Under the pieces are notes generated by a model that was not told where the DNA came from, did not search any database, and saw only the letters and a list, made by a program, of their open reading frames with translations. A stretch of 64,000 nt of DNA, from assembly GCA_035570235.1 (NCBI GenBank), contig DATMML010000051.1, forward strand, positions 892 to 64,891. Direction: 5' to 3'. Shown here piece by piece: positions 43,527 through 53,603 of this stretch. How positions within the stretch are numbered: the stretch's first letter is position 1; each line of letters begins with the position of its first letter. The stretch is from Vicinamibacteria bacterium. Lineage in GTDB: Bacteria > Acidobacteriota > Vicinamibacteria > Fen-336. The position numbers and the translations under genes are program-made.

Positions 43527-45637
43527 TGCGTCCCCGGCTGGGCTGGGTGATGAGCGCGGGCTGGGGAGCGGCCTTGGCGCTGGCCCCCCTCCCCGCACCC
43601 GGACAAACGCCGGATCCCGACGGGGAGCGCTCTGCCTGGCACTTCAGGCGCGGCGTGAGCCTGACCTCGGCGGGGTCGGGGCCGACCCCCTCCTTCGCCG
43701 CGCTGCCCTTGCCCCCCGAGGTGGGAGCGCGTTGCCAGCCCCAGCTCGAGGACGTGCGCCTTCTGGCCGCGGACGGTCATGAAGTCGCCTATGTCGTGGA
43801 TCGCGTCGTCGAACGAGAGATGCAGACCGCGGTGCACGGTCGCCTGGTGGACACGCGGACGGAGAGGAAAGAGCGCACGGTGTGGGTGGTCGACCTTGGG
43901 GAGCCGCGCGACTTTGATGACATCACCCTCGAGATCCACGAGCAGGACTTCGTGAAGCGGCTTCTCGTCGAGGCTTCGGAGGGGGCGCAGTCCTGGCGTA
44001 CGCTGCGCACGGATGCCGGCGTCTTCGACCGGCCCTGGAACGTCCGCGTCCACCACACGTCGATCGATTTCCCGGAGCCGATCCGGGCCCGTTACCTGCG
44101 CCTGTCCGCCGACGATCGGCGCTCGAAGCCGATCGTGCTGACCGGGGTGACCGTCTTGAGCCGCCGGCGGCTGCCCGCCGAGGCTTGGGAGCGGCCGGTG
44201 GAGCTCAGGCCCGCCGGTTCCGGGGGGGGCGTCAGCCGATACCTTCTGGAACTACCGCCCTCGTTCCCCCTGGAACGGCTTGAAATCGCCTCCGACGATC
44301 CGGCCTTCTCGCGGCGGGTGGTGCTGTACGACGTCCCCCGCCCGGAGGGGCAGGGGGTGAGGACAATCTTGGGGGAGGCGCTCCTCTACCGGCTGCAGAT
44401 CGAGGACGAAGCCCTTTCCGGCGAGTCGCGGGTGCTGCCGGTGCGCCGCGGCCATTCGGGGGAGCTCGTCCTCGAAATTCACGACGGGGACAGCCCTCCC
44501 CTGCACAACCTGCGCGTGTTGGCGTCGGCTCCCGCCACGCGGCTACTCTTCCCGGCTCTTTCTGGGCCCCTGACCCTCTACTACGCGAACGAAGCCACCC
44601 GCGCCCCCGCTTACGACCTGGAGACGCTTAAGGGGAGGATCGGCCTAGCTCCCCTCTACGCTTTGGCGGCGCTGGGACCGGAGGTGGAGAACCCTCGCTA
44701 CCAAAAGCCGCCCCCCCTCCCCTTCACCGCCCCCCGCGGCGCTCTCTTGGATGTCGCCCGCTGGAGAGCGACCCGCCCCTTCACCGTCTCCGATCACGAG
44801 GACCTCTACACCCTGACCCTGGCGGGGGAGGACCTGGGCCTCCTGCGCGATGACCTGGGGGACCTCCGTATCGTTGACGAGGAGGGGCGGCAGGTCCCTT
44901 ACGTCCTCGAGCCGGTGGCCTCGGAGGCTCGCGTGACCCTCGCTTTTGCGAAAGAACCGGGGGCCACCTCCGAGCGTCGGGCCGTCACGCGCTGGCGGCT
45001 CGCCGTCACCCCGACCTCCGGGGTCACTCTGCCGCTTCCGTTCGCGGTGCTACAGCTCGGGTTTCGCGACACCTTCTTCGCTCGGCCCGCCCGCTTGTTG
45101 ACGCCGGCCGCTTCGGGCGGGGGCGGCGCTGAGAGGGTCGTCTTCAACGGCACCCTGGCCGCCCCCGCCAGCCGGCCGCGCGCGCCCGGGGGGATTCGTC
45201 TCGGGGTCGGCGGCGCCACCGAAGCGCCGATTGTGCTCGCCCTGGACGGTCTCCGTCAGGGAGAGTTCTTCCTCGAGATCAACGAAGGGGACAATGTCCC
45301 CTTGACCCTCGCGGAGTGTCGGGGCGTTGTGCGCGTGCCACGTCTCGCCTTCAAGGCCTCGCCCGGCGCCTATCGGGTCTTGCTCGGCAACGGCGCGGCC
45401 GGGGCGCCGCGCTACGACATCGCAACCCTGCGCCAGGAAATCCTGGCCTACTCGGCGCTGCCCCTCGAGGCGGCCGGGACCTTGCCCAACCCGGCCTTCC
45501 GCCGGCGGGCCCGTGATTACTTGCAGGATGCGCCGCCCACCCTCCTCCTTTGGGGCACGCTGCTCGCGGCGGTGGTTGCCCTCCTGTTCCTGACCGCTCG
45601 CATTCTCCGCCAACCCCCGGATCCCTCGGCTCCTTGA
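43526..45637 (+). CDS. DUF3999-family protein (signal peptide, large extracytoplasmic domain, C-terminal TM anchor)
   Basis: The ATG shares 1 nt with the upstream TGA. MRPRLGWVMSAGWGAALALAPLPAPG signal and C-terminal LLLWGTLLAAVVALLFLTARIL. The track ORF start at 43085 is an over-extension. Confidence 0.7.
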   Translation: MRPRLGWVMSAGWGAALALAPLPAPGQTPDPDGERSAWHFRRGVSLTSAGSGPTPSFAALPLPPEVGARCQPQLEDVRLLAADGHEVAYVVDRVVEREMQTAVHGRLVDTRTERKERTVWVVDLGEPRDFDDITLEIHEQDFVKRLLVEASEGAQSWRTLRTDAGVFDRPWNVRVHHTSIDFPEPIRARYLRLSADDRRSKPIVLTGVTVLSRRRLPAEAWERPVELRPAGSGGGVSRYLLELPPSFPLERLEIASDDPAFSRRVVLYDVPRPEGQGVRTILGEALLYRLQIEDEALSGESRVLPVRRGHSGELVLEIHDGDSPPLHNLRVLASAPATRLLFPALSGPLTLYYANEATRAPAYDLETLKGRIGLAPLYALAALGPEVENPRYQKPPPLPFTAPRGALLDVARWRATRPFTVSDHEDLYTLTLAGEDLGLLRDDLGDLRIVDEEGRQVPYVLEPVASEARVTLAFAKEPGATSERRAVTRWRLAVTPTSGVTLPLPFAVLQLGFRDTFFARPARLLTPAASGGGGAERVVFNGTLAAPASRPRAPGGIRLGVGGATEAPIVLALDGLRQGEFFLEINEGDNVPLTLAECRGVVRVPRLAFKASPGAYRVLLGNGAAGAPRYDIATLRQEILAYSALPLEAAGTLPNPAFRRRARDYLQDAPPTLLLWGTLLAAVVALLFLTARILRQPPDPSAP

Positions 45638-45902
45638 GACCGTTTCCGCGCGCCACGGGTATCCTCCGGCAACACTCCGCTGCCCCCGGTAGCCTCGGAG
45701 GCTGGCGGCCGGGCGCAATCCGGCCAAGCGCCGCAGGCATGCCGTCGATGACGGTCACCACAATATTCAATCGGTGAGTGCTCGGGCGCTCGCTCCTTCC
45801 CATCCGGGGCCGGCCCTGAGCCCGGCTGCGCGGTGCGGTTCCCGTTCCCGGTGATCTGCACTAGACTGCTACCGCGTCTTCTCGACCCTCGCAGGAGGAC
45901 TC

Positions 45903-47315
45903 ATGACTTCGTCGAACACCAGCGTCACGTCCGCGCTTACCTATCTCGAGCAACACACGCCCGAGTTCCTAAAGACCCTGGTGACCATGTCCCGGATTCC
46001 CAGCGTCTCCGCCACCGGTTATCCCGCCGCGGAAGTGCGGCGGTCCGCGGTGGCCGTGGCCGACGCCCTGCGCGCGGCCTCGGTGGAGCACGTGCAGATC
46101 CTCGAGATCCCGGGCGTGCATCCCTATGTCTACGGGGACTGGCTCCACAAGCCCGGCGCCCCCACCATTCTTCTCTACGGACACCACGACGTACAGCCCG
46201 AGGGCCGCCCGGAGAAGTGGATCTCGCCCCCTTTCGAGCCCACGGAGCGGAACGGGCGGCTGTACGGCCGGGGCACCTGCGACGACAAGGCGGGGGTCAT
46301 GGCCCATGTGGCGGCAGTGGCCTCGTACCTGCGGTCCGCGGGCTCCGTTCCCTGCAACGTCAAGTTCATCATCGAAGGGGAGGAGGAGATCGGCTCCGAG
46401 AACCTGGGGAAGTTCCTCGAAAAGTACAAGGGCATGATGGCGGCCGACTTCATCGTCCTCTCCGACACCGCCAACTTCGATACCGGCGTCCCGGCCTTGA
46501 CCTACCAGCTCCGCGGCATCTGCCAAGTGGACGTGGAGGTCACGTCTCTGGGACAGCCGCGCCACAGCGGGATGTGGGGGGGGCCGGTGCCCGACCCGGT
46601 GCAGGTCCTCTGCCGGCTCATCGCCGATCTTCAGGGGAAGAACGGGGAGCTGAACGTGCCCGGGCTGTACCGGAAGGTCGCCCGGCCCAGCGCGAAGCAG
46701 CTCGCCCGCCTGCGCAGGCTCCCCTTCAACCAAGCGAAGTTCAAGCGCGAGGCGGGCATGATGCCGGGGATGACGCTGGCGGGTGAGAAGGGCTACTCCG
46801 TCTATGAGAAGCTCTGGACCCGCCCTTCGCTGACCGTCATCGCCATGGAGTCCCACGCCATACAGGGCTCCTCGAACCAGATCGTCGACTCGGCCCGCGC
46901 CCGTCTCTCGTTGCGGACCGTCCCCAAGATGGACTCCCGGGAGGCAGGTCGGCTGCTGGTCCGGAAGCTGACCGCCCGGCCCCCCTACGGGGCCAAGGTC
47001 ACGGCCACCGTCACCGGGGGCACGCCCTGGTGGACCACCGACCCCGAAGGCCCGGCCTTCGAGGCGGCCCGGCGCGCGTTAAAGGCCGGCTTCGGCAAGG
47101 AGACGGCCATGATCGGGGCCGGCGGCTCCATCGGCTTCGTGGGGCCCTTCGCCACCCTCCTTCGGGGCGCGCCCTGCCTTCTCATGGGCGTGGAGGATCC
47201 CGCCTGCAATGCCCACTCCGAAAACGAGAGCCTGCATCTCGGGGACTGGGTGAAGTGCATGAAGGCGGCCATCCACCTCTACGACGAGCTGTCCCGCGTC
47301 CCCCCTCGGAGCTGA
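45903..47315 (+). CDS. M20-family metallopeptidase (dipeptidase/ArgE-DapE clan)
   Basis: LLYGHHDVQP, RLYGRGTCDDKAG, IIEGEEEIGS, CNAHSENE. Confidence 0.9.
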   Translation: MTSSNTSVTSALTYLEQHTPEFLKTLVTMSRIPSVSATGYPAAEVRRSAVAVADALRAASVEHVQILEIPGVHPYVYGDWLHKPGAPTILLYGHHDVQPEGRPEKWISPPFEPTERNGRLYGRGTCDDKAGVMAHVAAVASYLRSAGSVPCNVKFIIEGEEEIGSENLGKFLEKYKGMMAADFIVLSDTANFDTGVPALTYQLRGICQVDVEVTSLGQPRHSGMWGGPVPDPVQVLCRLIADLQGKNGELNVPGLYRKVARPSAKQLARLRRLPFNQAKFKREAGMMPGMTLAGEKGYSVYEKLWTRPSLTVIAMESHAIQGSSNQIVDSARARLSLRTVPKMDSREAGRLLVRKLTARPPYGAKVTATVTGGTPWWTTDPEGPAFEAARRALKAGFGKETAMIGAGGSIGFVGPFATLLRGAPCLLMGVEDPACNAHSENESLHLGDWVKCMKAAIHLYDELSRVPPRS

Positions 47316-48652
47316 CGGGGAAGCTCGTTTCGGAGGGAGGCCGCGACGAGCTCGATGGAGTGGACCGTGGGGAGGGGGTGTCCAGCGCGTGCCAGCCCGC
47401 TCCGGAGCTGCAACAGGCAGCCGGGGTTCCCGGTGGCCACTACCGTTGCTCCGGCCTTGATCACGTTCTGCGCCTTGCGATCGCCGAGCTGGCGGGCGGC
47501 CTCCGGCTCCACCAGGTTGTAGATCCCCGCCGACCCGCAGCAGATGGCGTCCTCTCCCACCTCCACCACCTCGAGGCCGGGGATGCCGGCCAAAAGCTGC
47601 CGCGGTTGTGCGCGGACCCCCTGGGCGTGCTGCAGATGGCAGGAGTCATGGTAGGCGACGCGCAGGGGGAGGGGGTGACGCCGAGCCTGGGGCGTGAGCT
47701 CGCAAAGCAGTTCCGAGACGTCCTTGCACTTTGCGGAAAACGTCCGCGCCCTCTCCGCGAACTCCGGGTCGTCGCGGAGCAGCCAGCCGTACTCCTTCAT
47801 GGTGGAGCCGCAGCCCGCGGCGTTGATGACCACGGTATCGACCCCTTCCTTCTCGAAGGCCTCGATCGTGCGCCGCGCCAAGGCCAGCGCGGCCTCCTCC
47901 TGTCCCGCGTGCACCAGGAGCGCGCCGCAGCAGGGGGGGGAGGAGGGAGCGATCACCTCGCAGCCCTCCGCGGCCAGCACCCGGGCGGTGGCGGTGTTTA
48001 CGTCCGCAAAGAAGATTCGCTGCACGCATCCCCGCAGCAGACCGACCCGTCGCCGGGGTGGGCCCTCCGCGGGTGTCCGCTGCGCTAGCCCCGCTCCCAG
48101 CTCGGCCAACGAGAGGGGGGGCAGCAGCGCCTCCATGGCGCGGAGACGCGCGGGCAGAAGGTCGAGGAGACCGGAGCGCCGCAAGAGCCAGCACAGGCCG
48201 GATGCCTGGTAGAGCCAGAGGGGTACCGCCAACGCCCGCAGTCGAGCCGGATGGGTGAAAACCGCGAAGAGCATCCGGCGGAAGAGCCGGTCCGACCATG
48301 CCCGCGGGTGGTTCTTCTCGATCTGCGCGCGCGTGGCCTCGATCAGCTTGCCGTATTGCACCCCCGAGGGGCAGGCGGTCAGGCAGGCCATGCAGCCTAG
48401 GCAAAGGTCGATGTGGCGAACGAAGGTCTCCGTCATTCCGGTCTGGCCTTCCAGCCCCATCTTCATCAAATAGATGCGGCCTCGGGGCGAGTCCATCTCT
48501 TGGCCCCAGAGGGCGTAGGTCGGGCAGGTGGGGAGGCAGAAGCCGCAATGCACGCAGTCCTCGATGAGGTCGAGGGAGGGAGGGTGGTGGTGGTCGAAGA
48601 TGCCGGTCGGGGAACCGGGCTCCGGACTGGGAGCCGCCGGAGGGGGGGCCAT
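47279..48652 (-). CDS. glcF: Glycolate oxidase iron-sulfur subunit
   Basis: CVHCGFCLPTCPTY and CLGCMACLTACPSG ferredoxin motifs plus two CCG domains (PCCG, AICCGSAG). ATGA overlap with the glcE stop. The 807-aa track ORF is an over-extension. Confidence 0.85.
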   Translation of the reverse strand: MAPPPAAPSPEPGSPTGIFDHHHPPSLDLIEDCVHCGFCLPTCPTYALWGQEMDSPRGRIYLMKMGLEGQTGMTETFVRHIDLCLGCMACLTACPSGVQYGKLIEATRAQIEKNHPRAWSDRLFRRMLFAVFTHPARLRALAVPLWLYQASGLCWLLRRSGLLDLLPARLRAMEALLPPLSLAELGAGLAQRTPAEGPPRRRVGLLRGCVQRIFFADVNTATARVLAAEGCEVIAPSSPPCCGALLVHAGQEEAALALARRTIEAFEKEGVDTVVINAAGCGSTMKEYGWLLRDDPEFAERARTFSAKCKDVSELLCELTPQARRHPLPLRVAYHDSCHLQHAQGVRAQPRQLLAGIPGLEVVEVGEDAICCGSAGIYNLVEPEAARQLGDRKAQNVIKAGATVVATGNPGCLLQLRSGLARAGHPLPTVHSIELVAASLRNELPRQLRGGTRDSSS

Positions 48653-49872
48653 CAGATCCCTCCCACGAAGCGCCCCGGGTTCAGCAAGGCGGCGGGGTCG
48701 AACTGCTCTTTGACGCGATGCATGAGGGGAAGGGCATCGCCCGGCGCACCCCAGGCCTCCGCGCCCGCCCTGGCTTCGGGGGGACAGTGCAACACGGCGA
48801 GCGATCCCTCCTCGGCCTCGACCCCCTGGCGGAGGGCGCGCAGGACGTCCAGGAGCGCCGCCGTCGAACCCTCCAGCCGAAGCCAGGCCAGACCGCCGGC
48901 TTGGGCGACCATCCGCCAGGAGAGGCCCCCCCGCTCCGCTTCCCGCCCCACGCGCTCGCAGAGCATCCCGAGCCGCGTGGGCACCACGGCCAACCGGCAG
49001 ACCACGGCTGGCTCCGCTCCCGCCCAGAGCGCCTCCCGCGCCTCCCAGACCTCCGCGGGAGCCTCTGCCGGCTTGGTGGCCACCAGCCCCTGAAGCTCCT
49101 CCACCCGCGCCTCCAGAGCCGCCTCTTCCCCTTCGAAGCGGATGTCGACGCCGAGCGATCCCCCTTCTTGGGCCCGGATCTGAAGCCCGGTCGGAACCAG
49201 CGTCGAGTCCAACACCGCCAGGATCACCTGGCTCACGGCCTCGGCCGTAGGCAGGACGAAGCTCAGGTTGCGGACCCGGCGGGGGAGGGGATACAGCCGG
49301 AAGGTCGCCTCCGTGATCACGGCCAGGGTCCCCAGGGAGCCCGCCATGAGCTTGGGCAGATCGTAGCCGGCGACGTTCTTCACCACTCTGCCCCCACTCC
49401 GGGCCAGAGTTCCGTCCGCCAAAGCCACCGTGATCCCCACCACCAGGTCCCGCATGGCCCCGAAGCGCACGCGCAGGGCGCCGCTGTCGTTGGTGGCCAG
49501 GACGCCGCCGATGGTGGCTCGGTCCGGCCAGAGGGGATCCAGGGACAGCCTCTGGCCATGCGCGGCCAAGCTTCGTTGGAAGCCGGCCACCGTGCAGCCC
49601 GCCTCGACCGTGGCCGTCATGTCCGCCCAGGGGTGGTCCACGACACCCTCGAGGCGGCGGGTGGAAAGGATGGCGTCGAGTCCGCGGGGAGGATTGCCCC
49701 ACTCCATCTTCGTGCCCCCCCCGCGGGGGGCCAGGCGCAGGCCCAGCTCCTGAGCGTGGCGGAGCACGGCCGCCAGCTCGGCGGCAGTGCCGGGCTCGAT
49801 CACGGCCCGGGGGAGCACGCCCGCCACCGCATCCGCGGGGGTGGCCGGCCGTAGGTGGGCCGCCCCCACCAC
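48652..49872 (-). CDS. glcE: Glycolate oxidase FAD-binding subunit
   Basis: FAD_binding_4 type: VIEPGTAAELAAVLRHAQELGLRLAPRGGGTK, VEAGCTV. The start is tentatively GTG 49872, 40 nt after the glcD stop and preceded by GGGAAGGGGG. Confidence 0.75.
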   Translation of the reverse strand: MVGAAHLRPATPADAVAGVLPRAVIEPGTAAELAAVLRHAQELGLRLAPRGGGTKMEWGNPPRGLDAILSTRRLEGVVDHPWADMTATVEAGCTVAGFQRSLAAHGQRLSLDPLWPDRATIGGVLATNDSGALRVRFGAMRDLVVGITVALADGTLARSGGRVVKNVAGYDLPKLMAGSLGTLAVITEATFRLYPLPRRVRNLSFVLPTAEAVSQVILAVLDSTLVPTGLQIRAQEGGSLGVDIRFEGEEAALEARVEELQGLVATKPAEAPAEVWEAREALWAGAEPAVVCRLAVVPTRLGMLCERVGREAERGGLSWRMVAQAGGLAWLRLEGSTAALLDVLRALRQGVEAEEGSLAVLHCPPEARAGAEAWGAPGDALPLMHRVKEQFDPAALLNPGRFVGGI

Positions 49873-49912
49873 CTCACCGAGGCGGGCCCAGCCCCCTTCC
49901 CGGATCCCGGGC

Positions 49913-51361
49913 TCAGAAGAGCTGGGCGACACCGGCGACCTCCAGAGGGTGCGGCTGGTAGGGCCCTCGCCTCTCGCCACAGAGCCGGGGACGGGGGAAC
50001 ACCTTCTCGGGATTGGAGAGTCGCTCGGGGTCGAAGGCGCAACGGACGAGCTGCATGGTCTCCAGGTCCGGCTCCGCGAACATCACGGACATGAACGCCT
50101 TCTTTTCCTCGCCCACGCCGTGCTCCCCCGTGATGGAGCCTCCGGCCTGCACGCAAAGCTTGAGAATATCGGAGGCCAACTCCTCCGCGAGGTGCTCTTG
50201 TCCGGGCACTCGGCGGTCGTAGAGTACCAGGGGGTGCAGGTTGCCGTCCCCCGCGTGGAACACGTTGGCCACGCGCAGGCCGACGGCGGCCGACCGTCGC
50301 TCGATCTCGCGGAGGATGCGGGAGAGGCTCGTGCGCGGGATGACGCCGTCCTGGACGATGTAGTTGGGGGAGATGCGGCCCATGGCCGCGAAGGCGGCCC
50401 GGCGACCCTTCCAGACCAGGGCCCGCTCCGCCTCGGACTGCGCCCGCCGGATCTCCCAGGCTCCGCAGGAGGTACAGAGGCCCTCCACTCGCTCCATGAG
50501 CAGCTGTACCTCGCCGCGGGGACCGTCCAACTCGACCAGGAGAAGTCCTTGGCAGCGGGGGTAGCCGGCGTGGACCGCCGCCTCCGCCGCCTCCAGGGCC
50601 AGCGCGTCCATCATCTCGATCGCGGCGGGAAGGATGCCGGCGGCGATGATCTCGCTGACCGCCGTCCCCGCCTCGTCCGTAGAGTTGAAGGCGGCGAGGA
50701 GGGTCTGGACGCTCTGGGGCCGTTTCAGTATTCGCAGCGTGATCTTGGTCGCGATGCCCAGGGTGCCCTCGGAGCCGACGAACACGCCGCACAGGTCGTA
50801 CCCTGGCCGGTCCAAGCTCTTGCCGCCGAGATGGACGAGCGACCCATCCGGAAGCACGATCTCCAGCCCCAGCACATGGGTGGTGGTGAACCCGTACTTG
50901 AGGCAGTGCGCTCCCCCCGAGTTCTCGGCCACGTTCCCCCCCACCGTGCACACCGACTGCGACGAGGGGTCGGGGGCGTAGAAGTACCCGTGGGGCGAGA
51001 CCGCCTGTGTGACATGCGCGTTGATCACGCCGGGCTCGACCACCACCCGCGCGTTGGGTATGTCCACTTCGAGAATGTGGTTGAGACGGGCTAGGCTGAT
51101 GACGATCCCGTCCGCCACCGGGAGGGCCCCTCCGCTCAGCCCCGTGCCCGCTCCCCGGGCCACGAAGGGGATACGCTCCCGGTGGCAGACGCGGAGGACG
51201 CCTTGAACTTGCTCCGTGGAGGAGGGGAGGAGCACTGCCCCCGGCACCACCCGAAAGTTGGTGAGGCCGTCGCACTCGTAGGTACGGAGCTCTTCGGGTC
51301 GCGTGATGAGGCCCCCGTCGCCGACGATCGACCGGAACGCGTCGACGGCGCGAGGGTCCAT
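49913..51361 (-). CDS. glcD: Glycolate oxidase / FAD-linked (D-2-hydroxyacid) oxidase subunit
   Basis: PFVARGAGTGLSGGA, VVEPGVIN, SITGEHGVGEEKKAFM. Start at MDPRAVDAFR (ATG 51361). Confidence 0.85.
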   Translation of the reverse strand: MDPRAVDAFRSIVGDGGLITRPEELRTYECDGLTNFRVVPGAVLLPSSTEQVQGVLRVCHRERIPFVARGAGTGLSGGALPVADGIVISLARLNHILEVDIPNARVVVEPGVINAHVTQAVSPHGYFYAPDPSSQSVCTVGGNVAENSGGAHCLKYGFTTTHVLGLEIVLPDGSLVHLGGKSLDRPGYDLCGVFVGSEGTLGIATKITLRILKRPQSVQTLLAAFNSTDEAGTAVSEIIAAGILPAAIEMMDALALEAAEAAVHAGYPRCQGLLLVELDGPRGEVQLLMERVEGLCTSCGAWEIRRAQSEAERALVWKGRRAAFAAMGRISPNYIVQDGVIPRTSLSRILREIERRSAAVGLRVANVFHAGDGNLHPLVLYDRRVPGQEHLAEELASDILKLCVQAGGSITGEHGVGEEKKAFMSVMFAEPDLETMQLVRCAFDPERLSNPEKVFPRPRLCGERRGPYQPHPLEVAGVAQLF

Positions 51362-51435
51362 GGGCCTCCCTCTTTTATGCCCTTCCCCCACCCCGGTCAA
51401 GCCGTTCGCCGGGGCCAGGCTCGCCACGGCCGGGG

Positions 51436-51464
51436 TTGACCCGGCCCGGGCGCCTCGGTATCGT
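51436..51464 (+). promoter_or_regulatory. Putative promoter for lutABC (GGGGTTGACC-17-TATCGT)
   Basis: TTGACC at 51436-51441 and TATCGT at 51459-51464, in the glcD/lutA divergent region. Confidence 0.4.
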
Positions 51465-51486
51465 TCGCAAGATTCCCGGAGAACGC

Positions 51487-52233
51487 ATGCCGACGGTCGG
51501 TCTCTTCATCCCCTGCTACGTCGAGCAGTTCTACCCGCAGGTGGGGGTGGCAACGCTGGAAGTGCTCGCGCGGCAAGGTGTCCGCGCGGAGTACCCCGAG
51601 GACCAGACCTGCTGCGGCCAGCCCATGGCCAATTCGGGCTGCGCCTCCGATGCCCGGCCGATGGCGGAGCACTTCCTCCGGCTGTTCCGTGGCTACGACT
51701 ACGTGGTCGCGCCCTCGGGGAGCTGCGTCTCCATGATCCGCCATCACTACGATCAATTCCTGGGAGGCCAGCCGGGGTTCGAGCACCTCCAACGGTCGAC
51801 CTACGAGCTGTGCGAGCTTCTCACCGATGTGCTGGGGGTTGGCGGCCTGAAGGGACGCTTCCCTCACAGGGTGGGGCTGCACCAGAGCTGCCATGGTCTG
51901 CGAGAGCTGCGGCTGGGAAGCGGCAGCGAGCGCCGCGTGCCCCCCTTTGACAAAGTGCGCTCGCTCCTGGGGGGCCTGGAAGGCATCCGGCTCGTGGATC
52001 TGGCCCGGCCCGACGAATGCTGCGGGTTCGGGGGGACGTTTGCGGTCAGCGAGGAGGCCGTGTCGTGCATGATGGGCCGCGACCGCCTGGCCGACCATGA
52101 GCGCGCGGGGGCCGAGATCGTCACCGCGACCGACATGTCGTGCCTCATGCACCTCGATGGCCTCATCCGCCGGGAGAAGCGGCCGCTCCGCGTCATGCAC
52201 GTGGCTGAGGTCCTGGCCCAGAGCGGATCGTAG
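51487..52233 (+). CDS. lutA: Lactate utilisation protein A (CCG-domain Fe-S oxidoreductase)
   Basis: MPTVGLFIPCYVEQFYPQVG...DQTCCGQP...CHGLRE...ECCGFGG. Confidence 0.85.
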   Translation: MPTVGLFIPCYVEQFYPQVGVATLEVLARQGVRAEYPEDQTCCGQPMANSGCASDARPMAEHFLRLFRGYDYVVAPSGSCVSMIRHHYDQFLGGQPGFEHLQRSTYELCELLTDVLGVGGLKGRFPHRVGLHQSCHGLRELRLGSGSERRVPPFDKVRSLLGGLEGIRLVDLARPDECCGFGGTFAVSEEAVSCMMGRDRLADHERAGAEIVTATDMSCLMHLDGLIRREKRPLRVMHVAEVLAQSGS

Positions 52234-52235
52234 CC

Positions 52236-53603
52236 GTGGGCCATCCGGACGCAGCCGCCCGCTTCGTGGCCGACGACGCCAAGGCTCACTGGCACGACCA
52301 AGCCGTCTGGTGGATTCGCCAAAAGCGTGACCAGGCGGCGTCGGTAGTGCCCGACTGGGAGGCGCTGCGCGAGGCGGCGGCGGCGATCAAAGCCCACACC
52401 CTGTCGCGGCTTGCCCCTTACCTCGAGGAGTTCGAAGCCGAGGCGGTGGCCCTCGGCAGCAAGGTGCACTGGGCCCGGGACGCCGTCGAGCACAACGCCA
52501 TCGTCCACGGAATCCTGGCCGAGCGCCGGATCACCCGCCTGGTCAAGTCCAAGTCGATGCTCACCGAGGAGTGCCACCTGAACCCCTACCTCGAGGCCCG
52601 GGGGATTGAGGTTGTGGACACCGACCTCGGGGAGCGCATCGTGCAGCTGGCCCGGGAGCCCCCGAGCCACATTGTGATGCCGGCCATCCACAAGAAGAAG
52701 GAAGAGATCGGGGAGCTCTTTCACCAGCACCTCCACACGGAGCGGGGGGCGTCCGACCCCAAGTACCTGACGGAAGCGGCGCGCCAGCACCTCCGCCATA
52801 AGTTCCTGGAGGCGGAGGCCGGCCTCTCCGGAGTCAACTTCGCCGTCGCGGAGACGGGCGCTATCGTGGTCTGCACCAACGAGGGCAACGCCGACATGGG
52901 CACCTCTCTCCCGCCCGTGCACATCGCCTGCATGGGGGTCGAGAAGCTGGTGCCCCGTCAGCGGGACCTGGGTGTCTTTCTGCGGCTGCTGGCCCGCTCC
53001 GCTACCGGCCAGCCCCTCACCGCCTACACCACCCATTTCCACGGGCCCCGCCGGGGCGGCGAGCTGCACATCGTCATCGTGGACAACGGCCGTTCCGCGA
53101 TCCTGGGCGATCCCCTCTTCCGCCGCTCCCTCTCCTGCATCCGCTGTGGCGCCTGCATGAACACCTGCCCTGTATACCGCCGCAGCGGGGGCTACAGCTA
53201 CGGCTACACCGTGCCCGGCCCCATCGGATCGATCCTGGCCCCCATGCGCGACCCCGCCCGTTTCGCCAGCCTCCCCTTCGCCTCCAGCCTGTGCGGATCG
53301 TGCAGCGACGTCTGCCCGGTGCGGATCGACCTGCACCACGAGCTGCTCTCCCTCCGCCAAGAGATTGCCCGCCGCCGACTCCTCCCCTGGACCAAGCGGC
53401 TGGGCATGAAGGTCGCAGCCCGGATACTGGCCGAGCCATCCCTCTACCGGCTCTCCGGTTTCCTGGCCCGGCGGGTCCTTCCCGCCCTCCCGCGGGCTCT
53501 CGTCTACGCGAGCTGGAACATTTGGGGCCGGCAGCGGGAGCTCCCGCCCCTGCCCCGGGAAAGCTTCCGCACTCTCTACCGGAGGCGCCGTGGACAGTCG
53601 TGA
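52236..53603 (+). CDS. lutB: Lactate utilisation protein B (4Fe-4S, LUD domain)
   Basis: CIRCGACMNTCPVY and CGSCSDVCPV. NFAVAETGAIVVCTNEGN LUD motif. Confidence 0.85.
   Translation: MGHPDAAARFVADDAKAHWHDQAVWWIRQKRDQAASVVPDWEALREAAAAIKAHTLSRLAPYLEEFEAEAVALGSKVHWARDAVEHNAIVHGILAERRITRLVKSKSMLTEECHLNPYLEARGIEVVDTDLGERIVQLAREPPSHIVMPAIHKKKEEIGELFHQHLHTERGASDPKYLTEAARQHLRHKFLEAEAGLSGVNFAVAETGAIVVCTNEGNADMGTSLPPVHIACMGVEKLVPRQRDLGVFLRLLARSATGQPLTAYTTHFHGPRRGGELHIVIVDNGRSAILGDPLFRRSLSCIRCGACMNTCPVYRRSGGYSYGYTVPGPIGSILAPMRDPARFASLPFASSLCGSCSDVCPVRIDLHHELLSLRQEIARRRLLPWTKRLGMKVAARILAEPSLYRLSGFLARRVLPALPRALVYASWNIWGRQRELPPLPRESFRTLYRRRRGQS

Noticed and set aside
47279-49702. 807-aa ORF suggesting a GlcF fusion protein.
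   Set aside because: Only the C-terminal 457 aa (from ATG 48652, MAPPPAAPS...) look like GlcF. The upstream part is an out-of-frame read across glcE, whose own frame carries the FAD-binding motifs.
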